Assembly: GCA_041660405.1 (NCBI GenBank)
Contig: JBAZWL010000019.1
Span: 9,792 to 73,791, forward strand
Direction: 5' to 3'
Origin: Taibaiella sp.
GTDB taxonomy: Bacteria; Bacteroidota; Bacteroidia; Chitinophagales; Chitinophagaceae
Length of the DNA: 64,000 nt
A program made the position numbers and the translations under genes. The notes below the pieces were generated by a model. The model was given only the letters and a program-made list of their open reading frames with translations, was not told the DNA's origin and made no database searches. Below are positions 37,238 through 47,211 of the stretch, one piece after another. Each line of letters starts with the position of its first letter. Within the stretch, counting starts at the first letter, position 1.

Positions 37238-38221
37238 TTATTGGGAAGACTGTTTTCTTTTCTTTTCCTGCTTTCTGAAATATCCCCTAAAGAAAAAATT
37301 ATGCTTCAAAGCTTCCATATTCTCATTAAACCCATTCGTGCCTTTCTGAATGTTATCTAAGCTTGTTTCTATCTTTTTTGTCATTATGGAATCGTTTAAT
37401 AACAGGTGGGTCACACCTTTGCCATTGGTAATACTTTTATGTACTTCCGCCGCGATTTTGTTTAATTCGCCTGCAATGGAATCTGTAGTACTGGTCGTCG
37501 ATTTTAATTTACGGAGTGAGTAACCAAGATCCTCTGCAAACGAACTATCGGTCAATATCATTCCTATAGAACCCTTTCCATTTTTAACATCAGCGACAAG
37601 CCCATCCAGGTTATCTGCCAGATCACCGGCTGTACGTGCTGTAGAAGCTATATCAGCAACGGCAGTTTTTAAACCAACATGTATTGAACTGTCATCCATC
37701 AGCGACCACAATGCACTGCTATTAACTCTTTTAATAGTTGTTTTCAGTTCAGTAGCTATAATCGCTACATCATTATTGGTATGGTAAAGTGTTTCAAGCA
37801 TCTCTTCTGTACCCACAGCTTCTTTTGACCTAAGCATTTCTCCTTCTTTTACTAAAGATCCTTGCCGACCTGCCGGCACAATATTTACCACTTTATTACC
37901 TACAAGGCCATCCGTGCCTATGGATACAACAGCATTGTTCCGGATAATGGACAACATATTTTTATCAATTACCATAGTAACTTCAATAAGCCCATCATCC
38001 AATATTCTTGTCTTTTTCACAGTGCCCACTTCAATACCACTAAAGCGTACATTATTGCCTTCTACCAGTCCCTGGACATTTGTAAATTTTGCTTTTAGTG
38101 TGTAGGTAGAACCGAACAGATGTTCATTGTTGCCGATCATATATAGCAATAGAATAAGGAACAGTAAACCGCCCAGCACCAGTGCACCCAATTTTACATT
38201 ATTGATCGACCTTGTTGTCAT
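37238..38221 (-). CDS. MlaD/MCE-domain protein
   Basis: N-terminal TM; F.NV.GL..G..V.FSG.EVG.V; GLVG.K.V.I. Confidence 0.9.
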   Translation of the reverse strand: MTTRSINNVKLGALVLGGLLFLILLLYMIGNNEHLFGSTYTLKAKFTNVQGLVEGNNVRFSGIEVGTVKKTRILDDGLIEVTMVIDKNMLSIIRNNAVVSIGTDGLVGNKVVNIVPAGRQGSLVKEGEMLRSKEAVGTEEMLETLYHTNNDVAIIATELKTTIKRVNSSALWSLMDDSSIHVGLKTAVADIASTARTAGDLADNLDGLVADVKNGKGSIGMILTDSSFAEDLGYSLRKLKSTTSTTDSIAGELNKIAAEVHKSITNGKGVTHLLLNDSIMTKKIETSLDNIQKGTNGFNENMEALKHNFFFRGYFRKQEKKRKQSSQ

Positions 38222-38227
38222 AAATAT

Positions 38228-39004
38228 TTATTCAAAGAATTGTTTCACTTTCATATCGTTGCTCTTTACCAAAGATTCATAGTTCCCATCTGCATAACAT
38301 TTTCCGTCTACCAGAATGATAACCCTGTCGCCGGCCAATCTCACGCAATTCATGTCATGAGAAATAATCAACGATGTTGTGTTGTACTTTTTCTGTATCT
38401 CCATCATCAGTCCGATAATTTCCTTGCCGGTTATCGGGTCAAGGCCCGTTGTCGGTTCATCATATAAGATCAGTTCCGGCTTCAAGATTAGGGTACGGGC
38501 CAACGCAATCCTTTTACGCATTCCACCGGATAACTCAGCCGGCATCATGTCGATAGTATGGGCCAAACCTACATCTGCGAGAGCATCCTGTATACGTATA
38601 TTTACTTCTTCCGGTGTCACATGAATCCAATGTCTGCGCAAAGGGAACTCCAGGTTTTGCCTTACCGTCATAGAATCATATAAAGCATTACTCTGAAACA
38701 AAAACCCAACCTTCGCTCTTATTTCATCCAGTTCTCTTTCGTTTATATCAGTTATATCTTTTCCAAGTACGCTTATAATGCCTTTATCAGGAGCCAGTAA
38801 TCCGATAATACATTTTATCAACACAGACTTTCCGGAGCCGGATTTTCCCAGTACAATAACACTTTCGCCTCTTTTTATTGTAAGATTAAAATCGACCAAT
38901 ATATTATTATTGCCGAATGACTTGTATAAATGACGAATCTCCAGTACTGTCTCTGCTGACAACCGTGATTGAATATCTCCTGCTTGTTTTCTTTCTGTAA
39001 TCAT
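38228..39004 (-). CDS. MlaF-type ABC transporter ATP-binding protein
   Basis: GKSGSGKS, LFQ..AL.DS, LSGGMRKR, LYDEPTTGLDP. Confidence 0.92.
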   Translation of the reverse strand: MITERKQAGDIQSRLSAETVLEIRHLYKSFGNNNILVDFNLTIKRGESVIVLGKSGSGKSVLIKCIIGLLAPDKGIISVLGKDITDINERELDEIRAKVGFLFQSNALYDSMTVRQNLEFPLRRHWIHVTPEEVNIRIQDALADVGLAHTIDMMPAELSGGMRKRIALARTLILKPELILYDEPTTGLDPITGKEIIGLMMEIQKKYNTTSLIISHDMNCVRLAGDRVIILVDGKCYADGNYESLVKSNDMKVKQFFE

Positions 39005-39010
39005 TTCGCG

Positions 39011-39781
39011 CTAATTAAAACCTAGGACATTTGCAATCTGTACTGCCAGTAAATCAATAATAAAAATCATGATTGAAGAAAGTACCACAGCTGAATTTGC
39101 AGAGTGGCCTACACCTTCTGTTCCTTTGCTACTATTATACCCTTTATAACATCCTATTATGCCTACCGCAAAACCAAAAAAATAGCTCTTGACGTATGCT
39201 GGCAATACATCGCTGAATGAAAGAATATCGAACACCTGGGTCCAAAACAAAGCAAAGCTTGTTGTACTCCGAATATTGACACCAAGGTATGATCCATAAA
39301 GAGCAATAGCATCCCCCAATATTACCAACACCGGAAGCATTAATGTGGCAGCCATGATTCGCGTTACTACCAGGTATTTAAACGGATTAGTACCACTCAC
39401 TTCCATAGCATCAATTTGTTCCGTAACCTTCATTGACCCTAGCTCCGCACCTATACTGCTACCTATTTTCCCTGCAAATATTAAAGCGGTTATTACCGGA
39501 CCAATTTCCCTGATTATTGCAATACTTACAATTGCAGGTATTTGTGAAGCCACACCATAATCGACCATTGATGGCCTGAGTTGCATGGTCAACACCAATC
39601 CCATAATAAATGCCGTCAAAGCCACAAGTGCAAATGATTTGTAACCAATAACAAAACATTGTCTTAAAAATTCCATTATCTCGTACCGAGGCTTATACCA
39701 TTGTTTGAAAAAACGGGCGGCAAAGCGGGACAGAGCACCAACTTCATTTAAAAACAATTCCAATTTAGATGATCTGAACAT
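39011..39781 (-). CDS. MlaE-type ABC transporter permease
   Basis: REIGPV.TALIFAGKIGS.IGAELGSMKVTEQIDA; start moved downstream of the promoter at 39883. Confidence 0.92.
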   Translation of the reverse strand: MFRSSKLELFLNEVGALSRFAARFFKQWYKPRYEIMEFLRQCFVIGYKSFALVALTAFIMGLVLTMQLRPSMVDYGVASQIPAIVSIAIIREIGPVITALIFAGKIGSSIGAELGSMKVTEQIDAMEVSGTNPFKYLVVTRIMAATLMLPVLVILGDAIALYGSYLGVNIRSTTSFALFWTQVFDILSFSDVLPAYVKSYFFGFAVGIIGCYKGYNSSKGTEGVGHSANSAVVLSSIMIFIIDLLAVQIANVLGFN

Positions 39782-39882
39782 ACAATTTCGCGGCAATTGG
39801 GTAAATAGGTTTTCAAGATCAATATCAGCAACCATATAGTATCTGCATCTACTGAGTATTGAGTGTGGATAAAAGTAATTAT

Positions 39883-39948
39883 CAAAATTATGTTCAAACA
39901 CGACGCTAAACAGTGACCTGGGTCAGTGCCTTATGTGATTAAGCTTAA
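39883..39948 (-). promoter_or_regulatory. -7 element plus tandem FNR-like boxes for the mlaEFD-like operon
   Basis: TAATTTTG (rc 39883-39890), 22-nt gap, GTGACCTGGGTCAG 39913, GTGATTAAGCTTAA 39935. Confidence 0.7.
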
Positions 39949-40042
39949 CTCAGAATAAGTTAAAGCCGGGTCATTAGTTTGAACTAAGAGGCTTTTAAAA
40001 AAAACCTTTGATCCGGTAGCTTTTACAAGTACCGTTGAGTTT

Positions 40043-41122
40043 TTAAGCTCCCTCTGATTGGATCTTTTCTCTACGCATAAGGACAGCGGCAAGCACAACT
40101 ATCCAAAGCAAAAAAACACCGATATTAATACGCTCCCAGACTCCCATATGCGGAGTTGGCCTATTTGTTGAGATGTCCGGCGCATCCAAAAAGGTCAATG
40201 TGCCAAAGACAAAAAGAATTATCAATGATGCTATTGAATAAATACGAAATTTTTTGCCAAGTGCGGTAGACGCCAAACCGAGTGCGAGCAAAAAGATAAG
40301 TTCGGTCAACACACCAAGAATGATGTGCATAGTATCCGAAAATGTTGCACCTCCCGCTGCCAGCGCCTCCCTTAGATGCATTGGCGCAAACGGCCATAGA
40401 AGCCCAAGCGCACTATAGGCAATTAATAAACCACCCGTGATGCGAAGCAGACGGTTTCCTGTAGCTGATTCCCAAACACCATAGGCAAAGGCGATCATAA
40501 GTAAAGTATAGGGAGTGCTTAGTACTATCCATAGCATTCGCGTTGGCGCACCAACAGCGGAAAGCTCACTTACGGTCTGTGAAGCAGAATCATAACCCTT
40601 CCATTGCGCGGCTACAATAATATTAATAGCAATATAAAGCAATGAAGAAAGAATACCGCAAATGAGGGAGGCTCTCCAGATCATGGTACGCCTTGAGGGA
40701 AGCATGAGGATAGTCATCACCCCGCCCGGAATTACAGGAAGTCCCCACATGGCATGCAACCAATGCAATTGTTGCAGAATAGCGATTTCGACCCAAAACC
40801 AAATGGCAAGTCCGCCAGTAGCAAGTGTAGCCATAATCCACGCATTAGCTATTCGGCGAAGGACAGCAATAAAGGCAAGCACATTCAGAATACCCAATCC
40901 AAACAGAAGGATGCCTGGCATCAGAAAATTATCGAAGGTCCCACGCATAATACTGACTGGCATATCCATCAATCTGCCGTCGGGAGCAATTATCAGGATA
41001 GTACCGCCCAACAAGCACCCTACGGCTTCATAAGCAAGAACGGCAAGCAAAATAACACGTTGCCATTTTACCAGGGTTGTTGTCTGTAGGTTTTTTCGGG
41101 AGTCATGTATAGCTATTGACAT
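40043..41122 (-). CDS. Polytopic membrane protein with C-terminal DUF998-like domain
   Basis: Many TM segments; GY....QTVSELSA.GAP, MH..L, G.WER. Confidence 0.7.
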   Translation of the reverse strand: MSIAIHDSRKNLQTTTLVKWQRVILLAVLAYEAVGCLLGGTILIIAPDGRLMDMPVSIMRGTFDNFLMPGILLFGLGILNVLAFIAVLRRIANAWIMATLATGGLAIWFWVEIAILQQLHWLHAMWGLPVIPGGVMTILMLPSRRTMIWRASLICGILSSLLYIAINIIVAAQWKGYDSASQTVSELSAVGAPTRMLWIVLSTPYTLLMIAFAYGVWESATGNRLLRITGGLLIAYSALGLLWPFAPMHLREALAAGGATFSDTMHIILGVLTELIFLLALGLASTALGKKFRIYSIASLIILFVFGTLTFLDAPDISTNRPTPHMGVWERINIGVFLLWIVVLAAVLMRREKIQSEGA

Positions 41123-41241
41123 GATTTCACATTTATTAGGTTAGTAAATTCACTATGCACAAGTTTAAGTTGGCTGTATTTGCCCTCATTCGTTTCAAAC
41201 TATAAAACTTAGATGTAAACGATTACAGCTCTTCTTGGAGT

Positions 41242-41307
41242 GCAAGATATTTCAATGCATATTCGCTGAATATGACTTCCATCATATATGGCAATGATGT
41301 TACACCT
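41242..41307 (-). promoter_or_regulatory. -7-like element plus FNR-like boxes
   Basis: TATCTTGC (rc 41242-41249), 22-nt gap, ATGACTTCCATCAT 41272, ATGAT half-site 41294. Confidence 0.65.
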
Positions 41308-41817
41308 CTATGCAGTTTTAAAAGCAATATTTGCTTCCGAAAGTTTCTTATAGAAATGTCTTTCTTTTCTCAGATTATTCCAGTCATAGATCAGGTAGTC
41401 AACGGAGGTCCAAAGCAGGAACCATGAGGCCGGTTCCATAATGGTGCTCAATAAGGTAGTTGCAAGTGACCGGATACCCAGGAATATTGCTGTAGCATCC
41501 AGCATCATGATTACAATACCTATTGTGCCCAGGAGTATACTGGTGTTCAGCTTCCGGCGACATTTACCCCGGCATAACTGATATTGTGTCTGGAAGAATT
41601 TTTTCAGACTATTGCTGATAACAGCTTCCGTAGCCTCTTCCCTTTTCGGCTCTGGCACCAACAAGGTCAACTCTTCTATGGGTTCCTGCTGGTAACGCAT
41701 ATCCATCCGTAGTTCATGAAGAAAATCTTCCGATATTCTCCGCAATTGGTAATGCCGGGAGTCAAAATCGGAGTAGATATCATTATAGTCATCCAGCCAG
41801 AAACTCGAAGTGATCAT
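41308..41817 (-). CDS. Hypothetical membrane protein
   Basis: WLD.Y.DI.SDFD.R....R.IS.DF N-domain; two C-terminal TMs. Confidence 0.7.
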   Translation of the reverse strand: MITSSFWLDDYNDIYSDFDSRHYQLRRISEDFLHELRMDMRYQQEPIEELTLLVPEPKREEATEAVISNSLKKFFQTQYQLCRGKCRRKLNTSILLGTIGIVIMMLDATAIFLGIRSLATTLLSTIMEPASWFLLWTSVDYLIYDWNNLRKERHFYKKLSEANIAFKTA

Positions 41818-41850
41818 GGTTGTGCCGTTTAGTAAACACTATTCCTATAC

Positions 41851-41894
41851 CAAAAGTACCGGTGTTTTTACAGCTAAATAATGATATGCATCAT
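41851..41894 (-). promoter_or_regulatory. -7 element plus palindromic FNR-like box
   Basis: TACTTTTG (rc 41851-41858), 22-nt gap, ATGATATGCATCAT 41881. Confidence 0.8.
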
Positions 41895-41987
41895 CCCGAT
41901 GGCTAAGTGTGAAAGGTTGAGACATGGAATCATATTTGCGGTTTCCCCGGTGGAATTACCTATTTTGAAGAATTGAATTCCATGGCA

Positions 41988-43655
41988 TTACTTTGACAAG
42001 CTTTCCTTTTCCAGCCTTGCATCAAAGGCATCCAACTCCTCCTGATTGAGCAATATATCCTTAACACTCAATACAAGGGAGTGGAGTGCGTTTGACAGTT
42101 CCCGGTTAAAATTAATTATAGTCGAAATTTCAATTTCCGAAAGCCCGGCAGATGCATCTATGTGGTATAGTTTATTTAATACCTGCGTATTGTTAACCGG
42201 AATCATTTGATAAACTTTAGCCAGATGATTATTGTTATCCAATTTCTCCGTTGTCAATATAATATCAGATATGTGCTGTAGTATTTCATCAGCAAATTGC
42301 CTCAACTGAAGATAGAAGCCGTATTTGGCTTCATTGGCCGATTTACTCAACTGGACGATATCTTGTTTTGCGTCCTGCAAACTTTTTGCAGCAAACATGC
42401 CGGCACGCACGGAAGACATCAGTCGGTCAAGATCTTCTCTTTGCTTAAGGGGAATCTGGTCATTTTGCAGCAGGATATAATATCTGTGAATATCACCATG
42501 TAGCTGTTTAATAAGACTGTATTGCCCTACCAGATTTTCTTCACGAAAAGACGAAGGAACCTCAGCAGTGATAGGTAGCACCTTTTCCGAATCGATTATA
42601 TGGACAGCGAATTGCAATACCGTTTTCAGAAAATATAGCACTTCACTTTCCAGTGTAGTAATAGCAAGTTCAATATCAGGAACCGGAAGCTTGCCAATAT
42701 ATTTTGTAACCCTGACTTCATTCAAAAATCTTTTCTTCAGAAACGTCTCCCAAAACGTAAGAAAGGGGCCGAACAGCATAATGGCAAGCAGGTTGACAAG
42801 GGTCTGAAAGAAAGCCAGGGCATATAACGGATCCCTGATGAATAATATCTCAGTGATCAGTTTATTGATGGGAATTAATAAGATTAATACTACAATTGCA
42901 TTCAGCAGGTTGAACAGGAAATTACCCAATGCCAACCTTTTCATAGTAGATTCCCTGTTGTAAGAAACAAAGAGAAATTTTAATGTAGTACCTATCTCAG
43001 CACCCAGTACCACGGCTGTAGCCAGATACAAGTTGATTATATCAGCATGTAGTGCGCTGAGCACGATGACCAGAGTCGCCGCACTTGATTGGATCAATGC
43101 AGTGATCAATATTCCAAATAACAGGCCAACCACCACGGAGTATTCGTTAAGCGTGGACAGATCGATACTGCCGAGATATCCTCCCATACCCGTTTTGATT
43201 AGTTCGAGCCCCATCATAATGAAGCCAAGCCCTAAAAGACAGGAGAATGCATTGTATATAATTACCTTATTTTTTAACAGCGCTCTGAATATTCCAGCCA
43301 GAGCTATTATAGGCAAGGCAATGAGATCGACATCAAACCGAAACCCCAGTGAGGACAGTATCCAGGTATTTAACGTGGTACCGAGGTTAGAACCAAGCAA
43401 TACGGCCAATGCATTCCTTAATGGGATAGCACCAGAACCTGCCAGGGATAATACCATTAAATTTACGACCGAACTACTCTGAAGTATTCCCGATGCGAGC
43501 GTTCCTATTCCTATAGCTTTAGCGGCGTGGGCAGTATTTTTTTTGAGGAAGAGCTTAAAACTTCTCCCCGAAAGCATTTGTGTAGCCTCTTCCAGGAAAT
43601 TCATTCCTAAAACAAAAATAGCTGCGCCTGCAAGCACTGTCCATAGATTCGCCAT
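41988..43655 (-). CDS. Na+/Pi cotransporter family protein
   Basis: Two QSSS/QSSA repeats with GSNLGTT and GAEIGTT; helical C-terminal domain. Confidence 0.9.
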   Translation of the reverse strand: MANLWTVLAGAAIFVLGMNFLEEATQMLSGRSFKLFLKKNTAHAAKAIGIGTLASGILQSSSVVNLMVLSLAGSGAIPLRNALAVLLGSNLGTTLNTWILSSLGFRFDVDLIALPIIALAGIFRALLKNKVIIYNAFSCLLGLGFIMMGLELIKTGMGGYLGSIDLSTLNEYSVVVGLLFGILITALIQSSAATLVIVLSALHADIINLYLATAVVLGAEIGTTLKFLFVSYNRESTMKRLALGNFLFNLLNAIVVLILLIPINKLITEILFIRDPLYALAFFQTLVNLLAIMLFGPFLTFWETFLKKRFLNEVRVTKYIGKLPVPDIELAITTLESEVLYFLKTVLQFAVHIIDSEKVLPITAEVPSSFREENLVGQYSLIKQLHGDIHRYYILLQNDQIPLKQREDLDRLMSSVRAGMFAAKSLQDAKQDIVQLSKSANEAKYGFYLQLRQFADEILQHISDIILTTEKLDNNNHLAKVYQMIPVNNTQVLNKLYHIDASAGLSEIEISTIINFNRELSNALHSLVLSVKDILLNQEELDAFDARLEKESLSK

Positions 43656-43768
43656 AATGTGATTTGAATGATCAGAAAATCGGCTTGTTATTTAAAGACC
43701 CTTGAGTTAAATTCATTCTTAGATTTCAGACTTATTCTCTTTTTATGTATTTACTCTATTTCTGAAGA

Positions 43769-44491
43769 TCATTCTGATTTTTGCAAATCATTTAGTTTGA
43801 CTTCTTCCACACTTCGCTTTACCAAATCTTCAAGATAATCGGTTTGCAATTCCTGAATTTCTAAAAGCCTCTTGCTTTGATAAACAAGTAAATGATCTAT
43901 TTTCTCACTTAGTAATTTTATTTCTAACTCCGCTTTTAAATTGATCTTAAAGTCATGTTCTCCCCTGACCCTGTCTTTTTCCTCCTGCCGATTTTGGCTC
44001 ATCATTATTATCGGGGCTTGTATGGCGGCAAGGCAGGAAAGCAGGAGATTGAGCAGGATAAAGGGATAAGGGTCGAACGTGTGGGATGCTAAAAACCAAA
44101 CATTAACGATTATCCAAACTAAGATGAAAGAAAAGAATGTGATAATAAAGGTCCAACTGCCACCAAAGGCGGCCACCTTATCTGCAACTTTTTGACCGAG
44201 CGACAGTTCAGCTTCCAATTCTTCGCGGATATCTTCTGAAAGAATTGAATTGTTTTTGATTGCGTTGATAACATCTGCATCAATACATTCCAGCTCTCCC
44301 TTCTCCTGTGCGATCAAAGAGACAAGATAGAGTCGCCGGTATTTATTAAGTTCGGATACTGAAATATGGTCGCCCTTTTCAAAGCTTGGGAAGTCGGATT
44401 TTATCAATCTGAAAATACCGTCTCTTATATCTGCACCACTTATAGCTCCTCCCTGCTCCAATTCCATTTTGCTGATATAACTTATACTCAT
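43769..44491 (-). CDS. DUF1003 membrane protein
   Basis: ADKVAAFGGSW, FDPYPFILLNL, QAPIIMMSQNRQ. Confidence 0.9.
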   Translation of the reverse strand: MSISYISKMELEQGGAISGADIRDGIFRLIKSDFPSFEKGDHISVSELNKYRRLYLVSLIAQEKGELECIDADVINAIKNNSILSEDIREELEAELSLGQKVADKVAAFGGSWTFIITFFSFILVWIIVNVWFLASHTFDPYPFILLNLLLSCLAAIQAPIIMMSQNRQEEKDRVRGEHDFKINLKAELEIKLLSEKIDHLLVYQSKRLLEIQELQTDYLEDLVKRSVEEVKLNDLQKSE

Positions 44492-44570
44492 TGTTGTAAC
44501 TTAAAATTTTAAGTGCAATTGCACATTTATATAACTTACGTACGTTCAAGAAGATTGAAATCAGGAGTCT

Positions 44571-45392
44571 TTAACGAAGGATCATAACCGGTACTTCAGG
44601 ATCCAGCACCATTTTTTTACTGACACTCCTGTGAAAAATGCTTTCTACGAAGTTGCGCTCTTTCGGTACTAGTATCAATACATCTATTCCACTTTTCTTC
44701 ACAAAGTCTTCCAGTCCTTCTTTTATATCCTCATTCGTGGAGATCCTAATCTCGGGATGCAGTCTGGCCAAATCGTTCTGTATAAATTTCGTTTCGGCCA
44801 ATACCTGGGGATACATCTTTTCGCTTGGCTTACTAACGTACAATACTTCAAGCTTTGCATCAAAATGGTCGAATATATCCTTTATACCAGGAAAGGGCAC
44901 TGTGTCAGAAACATTACGCATATCGCAGGCCAAACCTATTTTATGAATGCCATTGAAATGATAGCCCGGAGGTATTACAAAAAGTGGATGATTAAGATGC
45001 TTAGCTGCAGTAAGACTGAAACTGCCTAAGAAAAATGCTTCGGAGGCTCCTGCCCCACTTGTGCCCATGATCATGGCAAAAGTATTTTGTTTATGGTTTA
45101 AGCTTTCAATCTCTCCCATAAAGCCTCCGGTAGTAACCTTACAGATAATGCACACTTTATCATTACTATATTTTTCCAGTTTTTCCTTAAGTTCTTTTAG
45201 AGATTGGTTGGCTTCTGCCATAGATACTTCATAACTGTCCGGAGGAAGAGGCACTTCTGAAACTGTAATAGGTAACTGCAATACATGCAGCAATACAATA
45301 TTTGCCTGAATATGTCTTGCAATTTCTACAGCATAATAAGCTGCATTAACTGAGGTAGTTGAAAAGTCGGTTGGGACAATAATATTTTTCAT
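44571..45392 (-). CDS. Universal stress protein, paralog of 6406..7230
   Basis: MKNIIVPTDFS, IMGTSG, GLACDM, VPKERNF. Confidence 0.92.
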   Translation of the reverse strand: MKNIIVPTDFSTTSVNAAYYAVEIARHIQANIVLLHVLQLPITVSEVPLPPDSYEVSMAEANQSLKELKEKLEKYSNDKVCIICKVTTGGFMGEIESLNHKQNTFAMIMGTSGAGASEAFFLGSFSLTAAKHLNHPLFVIPPGYHFNGIHKIGLACDMRNVSDTVPFPGIKDIFDHFDAKLEVLYVSKPSEKMYPQVLAETKFIQNDLARLHPEIRISTNEDIKEGLEDFVKKSGIDVLILVPKERNFVESIFHRSVSKKMVLDPEVPVMILR

Positions 45393-45415
45393 AAAATGCT
45401 TTTGAATTATGAGGC

Positions 45416-45481
45416 CAAAATTAGAAGCAACTCATTACAAAAGCACTGACTTTGGACATCATTTAGTATGATATTGGTCTT
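45416..45481 (-). promoter_or_regulatory. -7 element plus tandem FNR-like boxes
   Basis: TAATTTTG (rc 45416-45423), 22-nt gap, CTGACTTTGGACAT 45446, ATGATATTGGTCTT 45468. Confidence 0.65.
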
Positions 45482-45699
45482 GTTATGGTCGGTATAGCTT
45501 CCAGGTCCACCGGATGAAGTATGTGACCTTATATACTGCCCGATATGAACCCTAAAAATTGCTGAAACAAATTGATAAGAATTTGTCGGGCACTAATATC
45601 CAGGTTCATAAGTTAAAAAGTACAGCAGAATAATAACAGATATTGCCGGATTATGAACATACACATCTCAATGTTAAATCCAATCAATTAATCAGGTGT

Positions 45700-46959
45700 T
45701 CATCCATTTGCATAGTGGATGAGAGATTTTGAATCTAATGCCAACTCAGATAAAAACACTTTTAAATAGTCTACTTCAACATGATCCATTACTACTATTT
45801 TATACCAGCCGGGTATACCATCATGTGTATCAGGAACGAGTCCAAATTTTTTAGCTAAACCAGTAGCTATATGTGACGCATTGATTGCTACAATATTCAG
45901 ATCTGGGTGACGGTAAAATGCAAAATTCATGTCTTTTAATTGATCACAGAGCCACTGTGTTCTGTATAATAATTTATTGATTTTTTCAAGCCAGCCATAC
46001 GGACCATAGGTAAATAATATCATCCATACCGCTACAGCATTGGCTCCAGAGCGACTACCACTTAAGGTCAGGTCCATACCATTGACGTACTTTGCCTCCT
46101 TAGTACAAACAAATTTCATCAGCCCTTTTCTGCCTATAAAAATGCCGGTTCCATAAGGTGCTTGCAACATCTTATGGGCATCAAGGGTTACTGATGAAAC
46201 ATTCCGGTTAGAAAAATTAATTTTATTTTCTGAACAGCTAATAGGGTAAATAAATCCACCAAATGCGCCATCAACATGTATTTTATATTGAACCTCATGC
46301 TCCTCCAGGCAATCAGCATAAAGATCAGGATCATCCACACTGCCAAACATAGTGGTCGCCATATTAGAAATGACAATGAAGTACTTTATGCCTTCATCTT
46401 TTGCCTTTTTTATTTCATATTCCAGAGCATCTGCCAGGATTGTTCTTGTAATATCATCGACTTTCACGCTTATGGACCTGATGTTAAGCAAATCTGATGC
46501 TTTCTGAACAGAATAGTGAGTATCGGAAGAACTAAGCAACGCTATCTCGTTGATTTCAGCATTGAACTCTTCAATGAAGTAATTACGATAAATCCATGCC
46601 GCCTGGATATTAGCTTCTGTTCCTCCTGCAGCGATGTATCCATCACAACTATTAGCTTCTGCTTTAAAAACATCAACACAAAGCAATTCGATAACTTCTT
46701 TCTCAAGTTCTTGAGTGCCTTCAAAGAAAGGTTCAGACTCACCCAGCGTGTGACATCCAATATGATTGGGATTCTGAATATAAGTACGTAATAATGGTGC
46801 TTCATTCAGGAAGGAAGCTTGTTCATAAAAGACATTGGGATCAAGCTTGGATACCGGTATTCCAAGTGGAATAAAATCCTGGTAGTTAACATTCCTATTC
46901 AGGGCAGCAGTAATGATCCTATCTTGTTCTCTATGCGAAAGTTTCTTCCAATATTTCAT
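45700..46959 (-). CDS. Group II PLP-dependent amino-acid decarboxylase
   Basis: GGTEANI, HYSV.K, IHVDGAFGG, TLDAHK (PLP Lys), GSRSG; likely start MKYWKK. Confidence 0.88.
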   Translation of the reverse strand: MKYWKKLSHREQDRIITAALNRNVNYQDFIPLGIPVSKLDPNVFYEQASFLNEAPLLRTYIQNPNHIGCHTLGESEPFFEGTQELEKEVIELLCVDVFKAEANSCDGYIAAGGTEANIQAAWIYRNYFIEEFNAEINEIALLSSSDTHYSVQKASDLLNIRSISVKVDDITRTILADALEYEIKKAKDEGIKYFIVISNMATTMFGSVDDPDLYADCLEEHEVQYKIHVDGAFGGFIYPISCSENKINFSNRNVSSVTLDAHKMLQAPYGTGIFIGRKGLMKFVCTKEAKYVNGMDLTLSGSRSGANAVAVWMILFTYGPYGWLEKINKLLYRTQWLCDQLKDMNFAFYRHPDLNIVAINASHIATGLAKKFGLVPDTHDGIPGWYKIVVMDHVEVDYLKVFLSELALDSKSLIHYANG

Positions 46960-47211
46960 CGTGTTTTTTAGTATTGTACTTATAGTGTTGTGCTTTATGA
47001 TAACAGCATTTTGTTGTAATAATTCCCGAAGTGCAAATGTCAATGTTAATTCATCTGAATAACGATGACCAAAATCATCTTTGCTACTGATCGGAAATAT
47101 CGTTTGGGTTTTGCTATTGCATAGTATCTTAAATCCATTACTTATTCCGTAATAAACAAACAATAAGCTGCAGAAAAATTAGCGACATTAATGTCAAGCA
47201 AATAACGTTAT

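Noticed and set aside
39782-39901. Long N-terminal extension of the MlaE-like permease
   Set aside because: The ORF-track start lies upstream of the predicted -7 element (39883-39890)
46960-47163. 68-aa N-terminal extension of the decarboxylase
   Set aside because: Non-ATG start and no domain-like content; MKYWKK follows an A-rich leader
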